A stretch of 64,000 bases of DNA from Dehalococcoidia bacterium (GTDB lineage: Bacteria; Chloroflexota; Dehalococcoidia; Bin125): positions 640,001 to 704,000 of the forward strand of contig CAXXRD010000002.1 of assembly GCA_963663895.2 (NCBI GenBank). Direction: 5' to 3'. Made by a program: the position numbers and the translations under genes. Below the pieces are notes generated by a model. That model was given only the letters and a program-made list of their open reading frames with translations, searched no databases and was not told the DNA's origin. Each line of letters starts with the position of its first letter. The first letter of the stretch is position 1. Shown piece by piece: positions 52,018 to 64,000 of the stretch.

Positions 52018-52326
52018 CTAGAGCTTGATCTCGATGTCGACGCCGCTTGGGAGCTGGAGTCGCATCAGGGTATCCACGGTCTTGCCAGACGGTTCGAAGA
52101 TGTCGATCAAGCGTTTGTGAGTGCGCATCTCGAACTGCTCACGGGAGTCCTTGTCGATGAAGGGTGAGCGGATCACCGTGTAGCGCTGGATCCGCGTTGG
52201 CAATGGGACCGGCCCTGCGATCTCGGCACCGGTCTGTTCGGCGGCCTCGACGATCTGGCGCGCACTCTGATCCAGAATGCGGTGATCGTAGGCCTTCAGC
52301 CGGATGCGGATCTTCTGACGCGCCAT
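52018..52326 (-). CDS. rpsJ: 30S ribosomal protein S10
   Basis: [29 protein letters not shown]. Confidence 0.97.
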   Translation of the reverse strand: MARQKIRIRLKAYDHRILDQSARQIVEAAEQTGAEIAGPVPLPTRIQRYTVIRSPFIDKDSREQFEMRTHKRLIDIFEPSGKTVDTLMRLQLPSGVDIEIKL

Positions 52327-52333
52327 AGGGGGG

Positions 52334-53533
<1,200 letters not shown>

Positions 53534-53571
53534 GATTGCTCCTCCCCCGGCGGCGGTTCGCCAGCCGCTCT

Positions 53572-55635
<2,064 letters not shown>

Positions 55636-55720
55636 TAATTCACCTACTGCTCATTCGCTCGCGATCCGTCTACCTCTCCCACATGATTCCCGCCCGACAA
55701 GTCGAGCGGACCCGTGCCGG

Positions 55721-56191
55721 CTACCAGCGGTAGTGCACGAACGCACGGTTGGCTTCCGCCATCCGGTGCGTGTCCTCCCGGCGCTTCACCGCGGCGCCGG
55801 TATTGTGATAAGCGTCCTCGATCTCGGCCGCGAGCCGCTGCGCCATCGCCATGCCCTTGCGCGCGCGCGCGGCGGTGAGCAGCCAGCGGATAGCGAGAGC
55901 GTTGCGCCGGTCGGCCCGGATCTCGACCGGAACCTGGTACGTGGCCCCGCCAACCCGGCGGGGCTTGACTTCCATCTGCGGCGTTACATTCCGCAGCGCC
56001 TGCAGGAAGACCTCTAACGCATCCTGCCGGGTACTCTCGCCGACGCGGTGCAGGGCCTGGTAGACGATGCGCTCGGCCGTGCCCTTCTTGCCCCGCTGCA
56101 TGACGCGGTTGATCGTCTGCTGCACAGTGGCATTGTTGTAGCGGGGGTCGGGATCAATCCTGCGTCGTTCGGGGCGGTTGCGCCGGGGCAT
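55721..56191 (-). CDS. rpsG: 30S ribosomal protein S7
   Basis: RRVGGATYQVP, MAEANRAF. Confidence 0.97.
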   Translation of the reverse strand: MPRRNRPERRRIDPDPRYNNATVQQTINRVMQRGKKGTAERIVYQALHRVGESTRQDALEVFLQALRNVTPQMEVKPRRVGGATYQVPVEIRADRRNALAIRWLLTAARARKGMAMAQRLAAEIEDAYHNTGAAVKRREDTHRMAEANRAFVHYRW

Positions 56192-56234
56192 GATGTCGTG
56201 TCCTTCAACGGTCGCACCCGACCGTGGGGCCGCC

Positions 56235-56663
56235 CTAGGCGGTGACGGGAGCCTCGCTCCTGCGCGTGCCGTACTTGGAGCGCCCGCGCTTACGGTTCGC
56301 AACGCCCTGCGAGTCGAGGGCACCACGAACGACGTGGTAGCGCACACCCGGGAGGTCCTTGACGCGCCCGCCACGAATCAAGACGACGGAGTGCTCCTGC
56401 AAGCTGTGCCCCTCTCCGGGGATATAAGCCGTGACTTCAATGCCGTTGGTGAGCCGGACACGGCAGATCTTGCGGAGCGCCGAGTTCGGTTTCTTCGGAG
56501 TGACCGTGCGGACGGCGGTGCACACGCCGCGCTTCTGCGGCGATCCGCGGCCCGTGTGCGTCCGATTGGTGAGTGCGTTGTGAACAAAGCGGAGGGCAGG
56601 CGCCTTGGTTTTCTTCGTAACAGGCTTGCGCCCCTTGCGCACTAGCTGATTAATCGTCGGCAC
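56235..56663 (-). CDS. rpsL: 30S ribosomal protein S12
   Basis: [27 protein letters not shown]. Confidence 0.97.
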   Translation of the reverse strand: MPTINQLVRKGRKPVTKKTKAPALRFVHNALTNRTHTGRGSPQKRGVCTAVRTVTPKKPNSALRKICRVRLTNGIEVTAYIPGEGHSLQEHSVVLIRGGRVKDLPGVRYHVVRGALDSQGVANRKRGRSKYGTRRSEAPVTA

Positions 56664-56818
56664 AATAGCCCTCTCAACCACGCAACCGCGGTGGTCCTGG
56701 ACACGAGAAAAGGCCGAAAGCCGACCGGAGAACCTGCCACGAACTTCCGATCGCAGCGGTCTTCGCCGGAGAACGGCTTCGGCCCCACGCCCTCGGTGAG
56801 GCGCTGACTTGGTTCTCC

Positions 56819-56848
56819 ACTCTACGGATCGAGGAAAAACCGTGTCAA
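56819..56848 (-). promoter_or_regulatory. Probable promoter of the str (rpsL) operon
   Basis: Minus strand TTGACA (56848-56843), 18 bp, TAGAGT (56824-56819). Confidence 0.6.
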
Positions 56849-56900
56849 GGCAGCGAGTACGCAGTTCGCCAAGACTTTTGGGATCTCGGCGCAGGCTCCG

Positions 56901-57815
56901 TCAAACGCCGGCGTAGGAGTGGAGCCCGCTGATCCAAAGATTCACGCCCAGATAGGTGAATAGGACCGCAGCGAATCCACCGATCACGATCCAAGAGCCC
57001 CGCGCGCCCTTGAGTTGCCGGACCCCCCGCGTGTGCAGGTAAGCAGCGAAGATCAGCCAAGTGACCAGGGCCGCGGTCTCCTTGGGGTCCCATCCCCAAT
57101 ACCGGCCCCAAGCATCGTTGGCCCAGAAGGCCCCCAGGGCGACCCCGGCCGCCAAGAGCGGGAATCCTACCAGAACAGACCGATACGTGAGCTCGTCGCA
57201 CCGGCGCGCCGGGGGGAGCCAATCGAAGCGCCGCCCCGCGCTGCCTTGGAGTATGTGCATCACCGCCGCGCCAAAAGCGACCGCAAGCACCGCGTAGGCG
57301 AGGATCATCAGGGCCACGTGAATGGTAAGGAGGGTGGGGCTTTGGAGCGCCGGCACCAACACCTCCTGCCCCTCCGAGGGGAAGGCGATGGCGCTGGCAT
57401 AGAGCCCGAAGGAGACCGGCATCACAAAGGCGCCAAGGATCCGCGTGCCGAACCGCCGCTCGGCAAGGACGTACATCAGAGCGATGGCGAAACCGAACGC
57501 CATGGAGAACTCGAAGAGGTTGGAGTAGGGAGCGTGATCAAGGGCGATCGTGCGGACGATGAGTCCCGCTCCGCCAAAGGCCACGGATGTCCACGCCGCG
57601 AGGGAAGCGACGCCGCCGACGGTGCGGGAGCGTTGCCGACGGGACGGCGACCCGACCCCCGCCGCCACCGTCAGCGTGCCGGCGCTCGTGGCAGCGATGC
57701 CCGGGATGGAAAGAACGGCGAGACGAGGCTGCATGGCGTAGACGACGTATACCGCCGCTGAAACGCCCGCCGCGACTAGTCCCGACCAAAGCAGGTAGAG
57801 TGCCGTGTCCTCCAC
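56901..57815 (-). CDS. ccsA: System II cytochrome c biogenesis protein (CcsA/ResC type)
   Basis: WGRYWGWDPKET WWD motif, conserved His residues, SGLHSY. Confidence 0.9.
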   Translation of the reverse strand: MEDTALYLLWSGLVAAGVSAAVYVVYAMQPRLAVLSIPGIAATSAGTLTVAAGVGSPSRRQRSRTVGGVASLAAWTSVAFGGAGLIVRTIALDHAPYSNLFEFSMAFGFAIALMYVLAERRFGTRILGAFVMPVSFGLYASAIAFPSEGQEVLVPALQSPTLLTIHVALMILAYAVLAVAFGAAVMHILQGSAGRRFDWLPPARRCDELTYRSVLVGFPLLAAGVALGAFWANDAWGRYWGWDPKETAALVTWLIFAAYLHTRGVRQLKGARGSWIVIGGFAAVLFTYLGVNLWISGLHSYAGV

Positions 57816-58056
57816 CGCGTGCCTGCCCTAGATCCTTTCGCTCTCGGCGCCGCCCTTGCGTCCAGCGCCGCCGTGACGTGAACCCGCTCTCGCCTCGGTT
57901 CCCTTGGCTCCCCAACAGGATACGGGAGCATCTTGAGGCCAGCGTACCCGACTCGCCGCCATAAACGCTGACCTGCCTCCCGTCAGCGCGCGCCTGGCCC
58001 GGTTCGACCGCTATCGACCGGACCGATCAGTGCGGCAGGACTTTATGGGCACTTCC

Positions 58057-59370
58057 TTATAGGCATTGGCGTCCGCCGTCAGTAGCTGCGACCGCACGCC
58101 GTGACGCATCCAGCCCCGCCGTCTGCATGGCAACCCTCGCAGCGGAGCCGGCCTCGTGCGTCTCGAGAAGCTGCTCGTAGACCTGGCTCATCTGCCGGGC
58201 GACCCCGGGCCACTGGAAAGCGGTCACGGACTGCCGCGCCGCCGCGCCGAACCGCTGGCGCAGGTCCTCGTTCGCGAGCAAGGTCTCGATGCGCTCCGCG
58301 AACGGCTCGGGGCAGCGCCATGGGACAAGGTAGCCGGTTTGCCCGTCGCGGACGGTGTATTGCAGACCGCCGACAGAGGTCGCGACGACCGGCGTGCCGC
58401 TGGCCAGCGCCTCAACAGCAACCAAGCCGAAGCTCTCGTAATACGAGGGGACGACGCACAGATCAGCCGCGCGGTAGTAATCGGGGAGCGCCTCGTGACT
58501 GACCGCGGCGTCAAAGCGGACCCGGTCGCCAATCCCGAGACGGTCGGCCAGCGTCTCGAGGCGGCGACGCTCCTCACTCGACCGCTCGTCGCCACCGGCG
58601 ATCAGCACGCGAAGCGGCTCGTCCACATCGGCCACGGCCGCCGCGCGCAGAAGGATATCGGCGCCCTTGAGTGGCTCGAGCCTCCCCACGAAAAGCAGGA
58701 ACGGTCCGGCGCCCAAGCCGAGCCGCGCGCGCGCGGCGGCGCGGTCGCCGGGACGGAAGCGGTCCAAGTCGACGCCGCCCGGCACGACGGTGACGCTATC
58801 CGTGGCAGCACCGTAGAGGTCGACGAGACAGTCCCGCTCATGGGGGGTGGCGCAGATGAAGTGGTCGGCGGAGGCGACGATCGCGCGCTCTGCCCCGATC
58901 CGCGCCTCAGATTCGCTCTCCCCTCGGCGCGCGCGGTTCTTGACCGCGCCGAGCGTATGGAACATCACCAGGTGCGGGCGTCGCCAGGCGGCGGCCAACT
59001 CGACCCCGGTCAGCCCCGAAATCCAATAATGCGAATGGATCAGATCGTAGCTCTGAGCGGATCGGCGACCGTAGGCGAGGAGCGCGGATGTGAAAGCGGG
59101 GGTGATGGCTTGGATAGCGGCGGAATCGAGTGGCTCGGGCGGGCCGGCTTCCAGCGCGATGAGCCGCACGCGCGGGGCGATCGCAACCGGCTCCAGCGGC
59201 GCCGCGCCATCTTGGCGCGTGAAGATGTCGATCGCGTATCCCAGGGCGGCCAACTCGCGAGTGAGTTGACGGATGTAGACGTTCATCCCGCCCGCTTTGG
59301 TCGTACCGGGAAGCGCGAGCGGCGAAGAGTGCGTGCTCAGCAGCGCCACGCGTCGGGCCTGCCGCGGCAT
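58057..59370 (-). CDS. GT4 glycosyltransferase, MshA-like
   Basis: HSSPL...GGMNVY, HSHYWISG, ESFGLVAVEA. Confidence 0.85.
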   Translation of the reverse strand: MPRQARRVALLSTHSSPLALPGTTKAGGMNVYIRQLTRELAALGYAIDIFTRQDGAAPLEPVAIAPRVRLIALEAGPPEPLDSAAIQAITPAFTSALLAYGRRSAQSYDLIHSHYWISGLTGVELAAAWRRPHLVMFHTLGAVKNRARRGESESEARIGAERAIVASADHFICATPHERDCLVDLYGAATDSVTVVPGGVDLDRFRPGDRAAARARLGLGAGPFLLFVGRLEPLKGADILLRAAAVADVDEPLRVLIAGGDERSSEERRRLETLADRLGIGDRVRFDAAVSHEALPDYYRAADLCVVPSYYESFGLVAVEALASGTPVVATSVGGLQYTVRDGQTGYLVPWRCPEPFAERIETLLANEDLRQRFGAAARQSVTAFQWPGVARQMSQVYEQLLETHEAGSAARVAMQTAGLDASRRAVAATDGGRQCL

Positions 59371-59374
59371 GTCG

Positions 59375-60370
59375 CTATGCCTCTCCGCGCTCAAGGTGGA
59401 GCCGCGTAACCGGCGACGGAACCCCGCCGAGTTGCATCTTGTACTCCTCCCTGCCCCGCAAGAAGTTAAAGCGACGGGCCCCTCGTTCGATCGAGTGGCG
59501 GATCAGATACACCTTCGACGCGAGTCCAACGGCCAAGTCACGGTAGGTAGGATCGTAGCCGCTGTTGTAGGCCATCACCTCGTCCGGGGTCTCGAAGGTC
59601 AGCATGGCCGCGACGCGTCTGCCGTCGACCAGCAGAAAATAGAGGCGGGCGATGCCGCGGGGGCCAAAGCGACGCACCAGCTCGCGGAAGAAGGCCGCGC
59701 GACGATCGTCGAGGAATTCGGCCTTGTCGCGGCGTGAGTCGCGCATCATGGCGAAGAGACTTTCAAGCGCGTCATCCATACCCTGGGGCGCCGCTGCGGC
59801 TTCGAGCGCCACGCGGGCGCCGCCGTCGGCCAAATGGCGTAACTTCCGCCGCACTTCGTGGCGGTTCTTCCCTTTGAGGCCGTCGAGGTAGCTCTCCCAG
59901 CGGGCCGGCAGAGTGATGACCGGGCAGACCGCTTCCTGTGCGCTGCGTACGGTCCAACCGTGCCGCCGGGCGGCGGCGGGCAGCGCCTCCAACGTCGGCG
60001 AGCCTTCGGCCAAGCCACAGATCTCTGCCGCCCCGCAATCCCGCTCTTCCAACAACGTGATCAAGGCATCGGCGACGGCGTGCCCGGCCCTCGGCGCAGC
60101 CACGATATCCATGTAGTCGCAGATCTCCGGATCGCCGATGAACGTCGCGACGCCGTCGCGGAAGCGAACCGGCAAGACACCAACGAGCGTGCCCGTCGCG
60201 TCCCGGACGGCATACGGCTCCAACTGCTCGTCCGCGGCGAAGACCTGGGCCCAAGCCGCGGGGAAATCGGGATCCGCGAAGATCCCGGCCGGGGGAGCAA
60301 TCTGCCGAACGAGCGCGACCCAATCGTCGCGCAGACCGGCCCAGCTCTCCGGCGCCGCGACCAGCTTCAA
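59375..60370 (-). CDS. GNAT-fold protein (CelD/BcsL, Acetyltransf_6-like)
   Basis: [38 protein letters not shown]. Confidence 0.8.
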   Translation of the reverse strand: MKLVAAPESWAGLRDDWVALVRQIAPPAGIFADPDFPAAWAQVFAADEQLEPYAVRDATGTLVGVLPVRFRDGVATFIGDPEICDYMDIVAAPRAGHAVADALITLLEERDCGAAEICGLAEGSPTLEALPAAARRHGWTVRSAQEAVCPVITLPARWESYLDGLKGKNRHEVRRKLRHLADGGARVALEAAAAPQGMDDALESLFAMMRDSRRDKAEFLDDRRAAFFRELVRRFGPRGIARLYFLLVDGRRVAAMLTFETPDEVMAYNSGYDPTYRDLAVGLASKVYLIRHSIERGARRFNFLRGREEYKMQLGGVPSPVTRLHLERGEA

Positions 60371-60969
60371 GCGTCGCGCCGTTTCAAGAGAGAGAGAAAC
60401 TCCGCGCGGGTCACGGCCTCCGTCGCGAAGCTTCCCCGCAGAGCCGAAGTGATCATGCGGCTCCCCGGTTTCTTAATCCCGCGCATGGTCATGCAAAGGT
60501 GCTCTGCCTCGCATGCCACCGCGACGCCCTGCGGCGCGACCGCGCTCATCAAGGTGTCGGCGATCGCACAGGTCAGCCGCTCTTGTAGCTGGAGACGCCG
60601 GGCGATCGCGTCGACGAGGCGCGCGATCTTGCTGATCCCCACGACGCGGCCGTTGGGAATGTAGGAAACGTGCACGACGCCGTGGAAGGGAAGCAGGTGA
60701 TGCTCGCACATGGAAAAGAAGGGGATATCTCGAAGGATCACCATCTCATCGTGCGCCTCTTCAAACCCGACCTTGAGAAGGGTCGCGGGTTCGACGCGCA
60801 TACCGCCCAGGATCTCCTCGTAGACGTCCGCGATGCGCCGGGGAGTATCGCGCAGGCCCTCACGACCGGGGTCCTCCCCAATCGCACTGAGCAATTCGCG
60901 CATTGCCGCTTCAATGCGCGGCTTGTCCACGGGCGCCTTACCGTTGGGCGCCTCTGACGACGCGCTCAT
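60367..60969 (-). CDS. folE: GTP cyclohydrolase I
   Basis: [25 protein letters not shown]. Confidence 0.95.
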   Translation of the reverse strand: MSASSEAPNGKAPVDKPRIEAAMRELLSAIGEDPGREGLRDTPRRIADVYEEILGGMRVEPATLLKVGFEEAHDEMVILRDIPFFSMCEHHLLPFHGVVHVSYIPNGRVVGISKIARLVDAIARRLQLQERLTCAIADTLMSAVAPQGVAVACEAEHLCMTMRGIKKPGSRMITSALRGSFATEAVTRAEFLSLLKRRDA

Positions 60970-61017
60970 CTGGAATGCGACCTCCCCTGTTGCTGCCGGC
61001 CCGGACAGGCCGCGCCA

Positions 61018-62094
61018 CTAATCAAGCGCCGCCTCGATCCCTGCCAGCGTAGCGGGAACGTCCCGCCGGTCGGGCTGGATCTGGAGCGCAGCCTCGGGGT
61101 CCTTGAGTCCAGCGCCGCTGATGACACAGACCACCTGTCGTCCGGCGAGCTCCACGCCGTGGTCGTGCAGCGCCAGTAATCCGGCGACGGACGCCGCCGC
61201 GGCGGGCTCCGCGAAGACGCCTTCTGCACGAGCCAAGTGCTCGTAAGCGGCCCGGATCTGCGCATCGGTCACGGCGACGATATCGCCGCCAGATTCGTCG
61301 CGGGCGGCGACCGCGCCCTGCCATGAGGCCGGATTTCCGATGCGAATCGCGGTTGCGAACGTCTGGGGATGCGGGACGGGCCGACCCGTCACCAGCGGGG
61401 CCGCACCGGCCGCCTGGAACCCGAACATCTGCGGCAGATGCTTGGCGTCTCCGCGATCGTAACTATCGCGATAGCCGCGCCAGTAGGCGGTGATGTTGCC
61501 AGCGTTGCCCACGGGCATGCAGTGGATCTGCGGCGCGTCTCCAAGCGCGTCAACGATCTCCCAGGCCGCGGTTTGCTGTCCCGCAATGCGGAACGGGTTG
61601 ACCGAATTGACCAGCGCGATCGAGCGCCGCGCCGTCACTGTCCGGGCAAGCTGGAGCGCGTCGTCGAACGAGCCCTCGACGGCAAGAATGCGCGCGCCAT
61701 GCGCCACGGCTTGCGCGAGCTTGCCCTGAGCGACGGCGCCGCCCGGAACCAGGACGTAGACGCGCAGCCCCTGGCGGGCGGCATAGGCTGCGGCCGAGGC
61801 GCTCGTGTTGCCCGTCGAGGCGCAGAGCACGGCCTTGTAGCCCGCCTCCATCGCCTTCGCCACGGCCACCACCATGCCGCGGTCCTTGAAGGAACCCGTG
61901 GGGTTGCAGAACTCAAGCTTGAGCCACACGCGTGCCGCGCCCGTGATCTGCTCCAGCGAGGGGGCGGGGACGAGCGGGGTGCTGCCTTCGCCCAGGGAGA
62001 TGCGGGGAGTGGCGTCGGTCAGGGGAAGGCGATCGGCGAAGCGAGTGAGGACGCCGGGAGTGGCTGAATCGCGAGCCGGGCGGCCCTCAGGCAT
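61018..62094 (-). CDS. thrC: Threonine synthase
   Basis: NPTGSFKDRG, ASTGNTS, PVGNAGN, GLKDP. Confidence 0.95.
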   Translation of the reverse strand: MPEGRPARDSATPGVLTRFADRLPLTDATPRISLGEGSTPLVPAPSLEQITGAARVWLKLEFCNPTGSFKDRGMVVAVAKAMEAGYKAVLCASTGNTSASAAAYAARQGLRVYVLVPGGAVAQGKLAQAVAHGARILAVEGSFDDALQLARTVTARRSIALVNSVNPFRIAGQQTAAWEIVDALGDAPQIHCMPVGNAGNITAYWRGYRDSYDRGDAKHLPQMFGFQAAGAAPLVTGRPVPHPQTFATAIRIGNPASWQGAVAARDESGGDIVAVTDAQIRAAYEHLARAEGVFAEPAAAASVAGLLALHDHGVELAGRQVVCVISGAGLKDPEAALQIQPDRRDVPATLAGIEAALD

Positions 62095-63112
62095 CGGGCT
62101 CCGGCGCTCCCTCGGGGCGCGCGTACCCTTTGATCTCGCGAACCTCTTGTTCCAGGTCGGCAATCTGGCGACGGCGCAACTTTTCCTGAAAGCTGATGAA
62201 CCGCTCTGACTCGCGGGCGGTGAGATTGCGGACCTCCTGCACCAGCCTGCGAAGCTCGGCCAGTGCATGATCCTGCTGTTCGGCCTTGACGCGCTGGCGC
62301 TCAATCGAGCGCTCCACCTCTTCGATCTGGCCGTTCAGCACCCCGTAGTCGCGCGCCACACTGTTCGAGCGCTCGGTCGTTGCGTCGCTGACAATGCGGA
62401 TCGCTTCCACGCGCTCTCTGAGCGTGTCGAGTTCGTGGCGCATATCGCCCACGCCGAGCGCGTCATCGGTAATACGGCGTACCTGCTCCTCAAGAATAGT
62501 GAGCCGTTCGTTGAACTGGGATGCGAGACCTTCCATCTCTTGAAGCTTGTCGGCCAAGGTCTCCGCGTTGCCTTGCACGCGGCGCTGTGCTTCCGCGTTC
62601 ACGGACACCCGCGAATCCAGGGCAACGACGTCGACTTCGGCGCTGTCGAAACGCTGCGAAACCGCGTGGAGATCATCCTGGACGCGCCGGATCGCTTCGT
62701 CGACGGCGGCCAGCCGATCGCTTAGGCCCCCAGCAGTGCGCTCCGCGAACTCGGTGCGGCGCGCGAGCTGCGTCCGATCGTCCCGATCGCTCTGCATCTC
62801 GGCGCGGAGCTGTCGCCCCAGGTGCGACACCTGCTCCTGTTCCTGGGCGAACAGTGCTTGCAGCCGATCCAAGCGCTCGCGCAGCGCGCGCACCTCTCGG
62901 TCAAGGCCGACCAACGCATCGATCTGATTCGTGACATTGGCGGTTCCCGACTCGGCCTTTTGGAACCGCTCGGCCAAGTCCCAAAGCTGCGTGTGATCGA
63001 TCTGCGCTTGCTCACCCTGACGGCTCAGCTGCTGGCGGAGGCCGTAGACCTCGGCCTCAAGCCACTCAACCATTGCCTCGGAAGACTCGGAGGGTGGGGG
63101 GGTAGCCGTCAC
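62087..63112 (-). CDS. Long coiled-coil protein of unknown function
   Basis: E/R/Q/L-rich heptad pattern over ~320 aa; start uncertain. Confidence 0.75.
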   Translation of the reverse strand: MTATPPPSESSEAMVEWLEAEVYGLRQQLSRQGEQAQIDHTQLWDLAERFQKAESGTANVTNQIDALVGLDREVRALRERLDRLQALFAQEQEQVSHLGRQLRAEMQSDRDDRTQLARRTEFAERTAGGLSDRLAAVDEAIRRVQDDLHAVSQRFDSAEVDVVALDSRVSVNAEAQRRVQGNAETLADKLQEMEGLASQFNERLTILEEQVRRITDDALGVGDMRHELDTLRERVEAIRIVSDATTERSNSVARDYGVLNGQIEEVERSIERQRVKAEQQDHALAELRRLVQEVRNLTARESERFISFQEKLRRRQIADLEQEVREIKGYARPEGAPEPDA

Positions 63113-63119
63113 GACATCC

Positions 63120-64000
63120 TCATCCCCGGGGACCCTCGATTCGCAAGCGGATCCCTTGCTCGACAACGGCGTCGAGCCGGGCGGCTTGCGCAAGGAATCG
63201 ATCGCAATCGGCTTCGCGGGCGTGGTGCGTAGTGATGGCTATCTCCGCAGTGCCTGCCACTGCATCTGCCTCCATCTGAAGAAGCGACGCGATGCTGATG
63301 TTGTTATCAGCCAAGGCGCTCCCGATCTCAGCGAGCACGCCAGGCCGATCTCGCACCAAAGCACGCAAATAATACTGCATCCGCAGCGAGCCAACGGGTT
63401 GGATGCACGCGTCAACGCTGGGCGGCCGCCGCGGCCGCCCGCTGGCGATGCCGCGCACGATATCGAGAAGATCGGCGATGACGGCACTGGTCGTGGGCGC
63501 CGGGCCGGCACCAGGTCCTTCGAACAGCGCGCGGCCTATCAAGTTCCCCTCCACCGCGATCGCGTTCAGGACGCCATCCACTTTGGCCAGGGGATCATCC
63601 TCCGGCAGCAGCGTCGGATGCACGCGGACATCGAGTCCGCCGGCGGCGCGGCGCGCCGTCGCCACGAGCCGAACGACGTAGCCCAGACGCCGCGCGTAGG
63701 TGAAATCTTTGGGGGTGAGCTGGGTAATCCCCTCGCGGTACACGTCGTCCGGCCGAACCGTGACATGGAACGCGAGCGTGGCGAGGATCGCGAGCTTGTA
63801 GGCCGCATCGGTCCCATCGACGTCGTTCGCCGGGTCGGGCTCCGCGTAGCCGCGACGCTGTGCCTCGGCGAGGGCAGCCTCGTAGGTGAGGCCTTCGCGC
63901 GCCATCGCCGTCAACATGAAGTTGGTCGTGCCGTTGATGATGGCCTGCACGGCGGCGACCTCGTTGGCGTGCAGGTCACGCTGCAACGGCGCGATGATGG
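63120..64000 (-). CDS. hom: Homoserine dehydrogenase (5' end beyond window)
   Basis: NGTTNF, GYAEPDP..DVDG.DAAYK, GPGAG, C-terminal ACT domain DRPGVLA. Confidence 0.93.
   Translation of the reverse strand, partial: IIAPLQRDLHANEVAAVQAIINGTTNFMLTAMAREGLTYEAALAEAQRRGYAEPDPANDVDGTDAAYKLAILATLAFHVTVRPDDVYREGITQLTPKDFTYARRLGYVVRLVATARRAAGGLDVRVHPTLLPEDDPLAKVDGVLNAIAVEGNLIGRALFEGPGAGPAPTTSAVIADLLDIVRGIASGRPRRPPSVDACIQPVGSLRMQYYLRALVRDRPGVLAEIGSALADNNISIASLLQMEADAVAGTAEIAITTHHAREADCDRFLAQAARLDAVVEQGIRLRIEGPRG

Noticed and set aside
56901-57815. ccsA without an adjacent resB/ccsB partner
   Set aside because: Split system II loci are common; the partner is probably elsewhere in the genome

Overview
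GC-rich bacterial chromosomal segment, most likely Chloroflexota (Dehalococcoidia-like); this is an inference from the Gram-positive-type LexA box, gene order and protein style. Left to right it holds: a partial rhomboid protease and two small hypothetical genes; an acetoin/2-oxoacid dehydrogenase operon with two tandem E1-beta genes plus acoX, E2, E3 and lipB; NUDIX, PIG-L, lexA (with SOS box), holA, SMP-30, SnoaL and LLM genes. Next is a ~9.6 kb defence island beside tRNA-Sec, made of an N6-adenine methyltransferase and a PLD-nuclease/SNF2 helicase. The methyltransferase is split by a 2,572-bp IS1595 element (23-bp terminal inverted repeats, 8-bp target duplication) carrying a KilA-N/BstA-like gene, a micro-ORF and a Cys-rich lipoprotein. 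Then come trxA, plsX, apt and a SAM-I riboswitch-led mtnA-mtnP-GNAT-ahcY-metK operon. The str-S10-spc-alpha ribosomal supercluster follows; it lacks rpsN and rpmJ, and its SecY carries a ~135-aa extracytoplasmic insertion resembling a flagellar cap/hook 'IN' domain. The window ends with ccsA, mshA-like, GNAT, folE, thrC, a coiled-coil gene and partial hom. All family calls come from motif recognition by eye; no searches were run.
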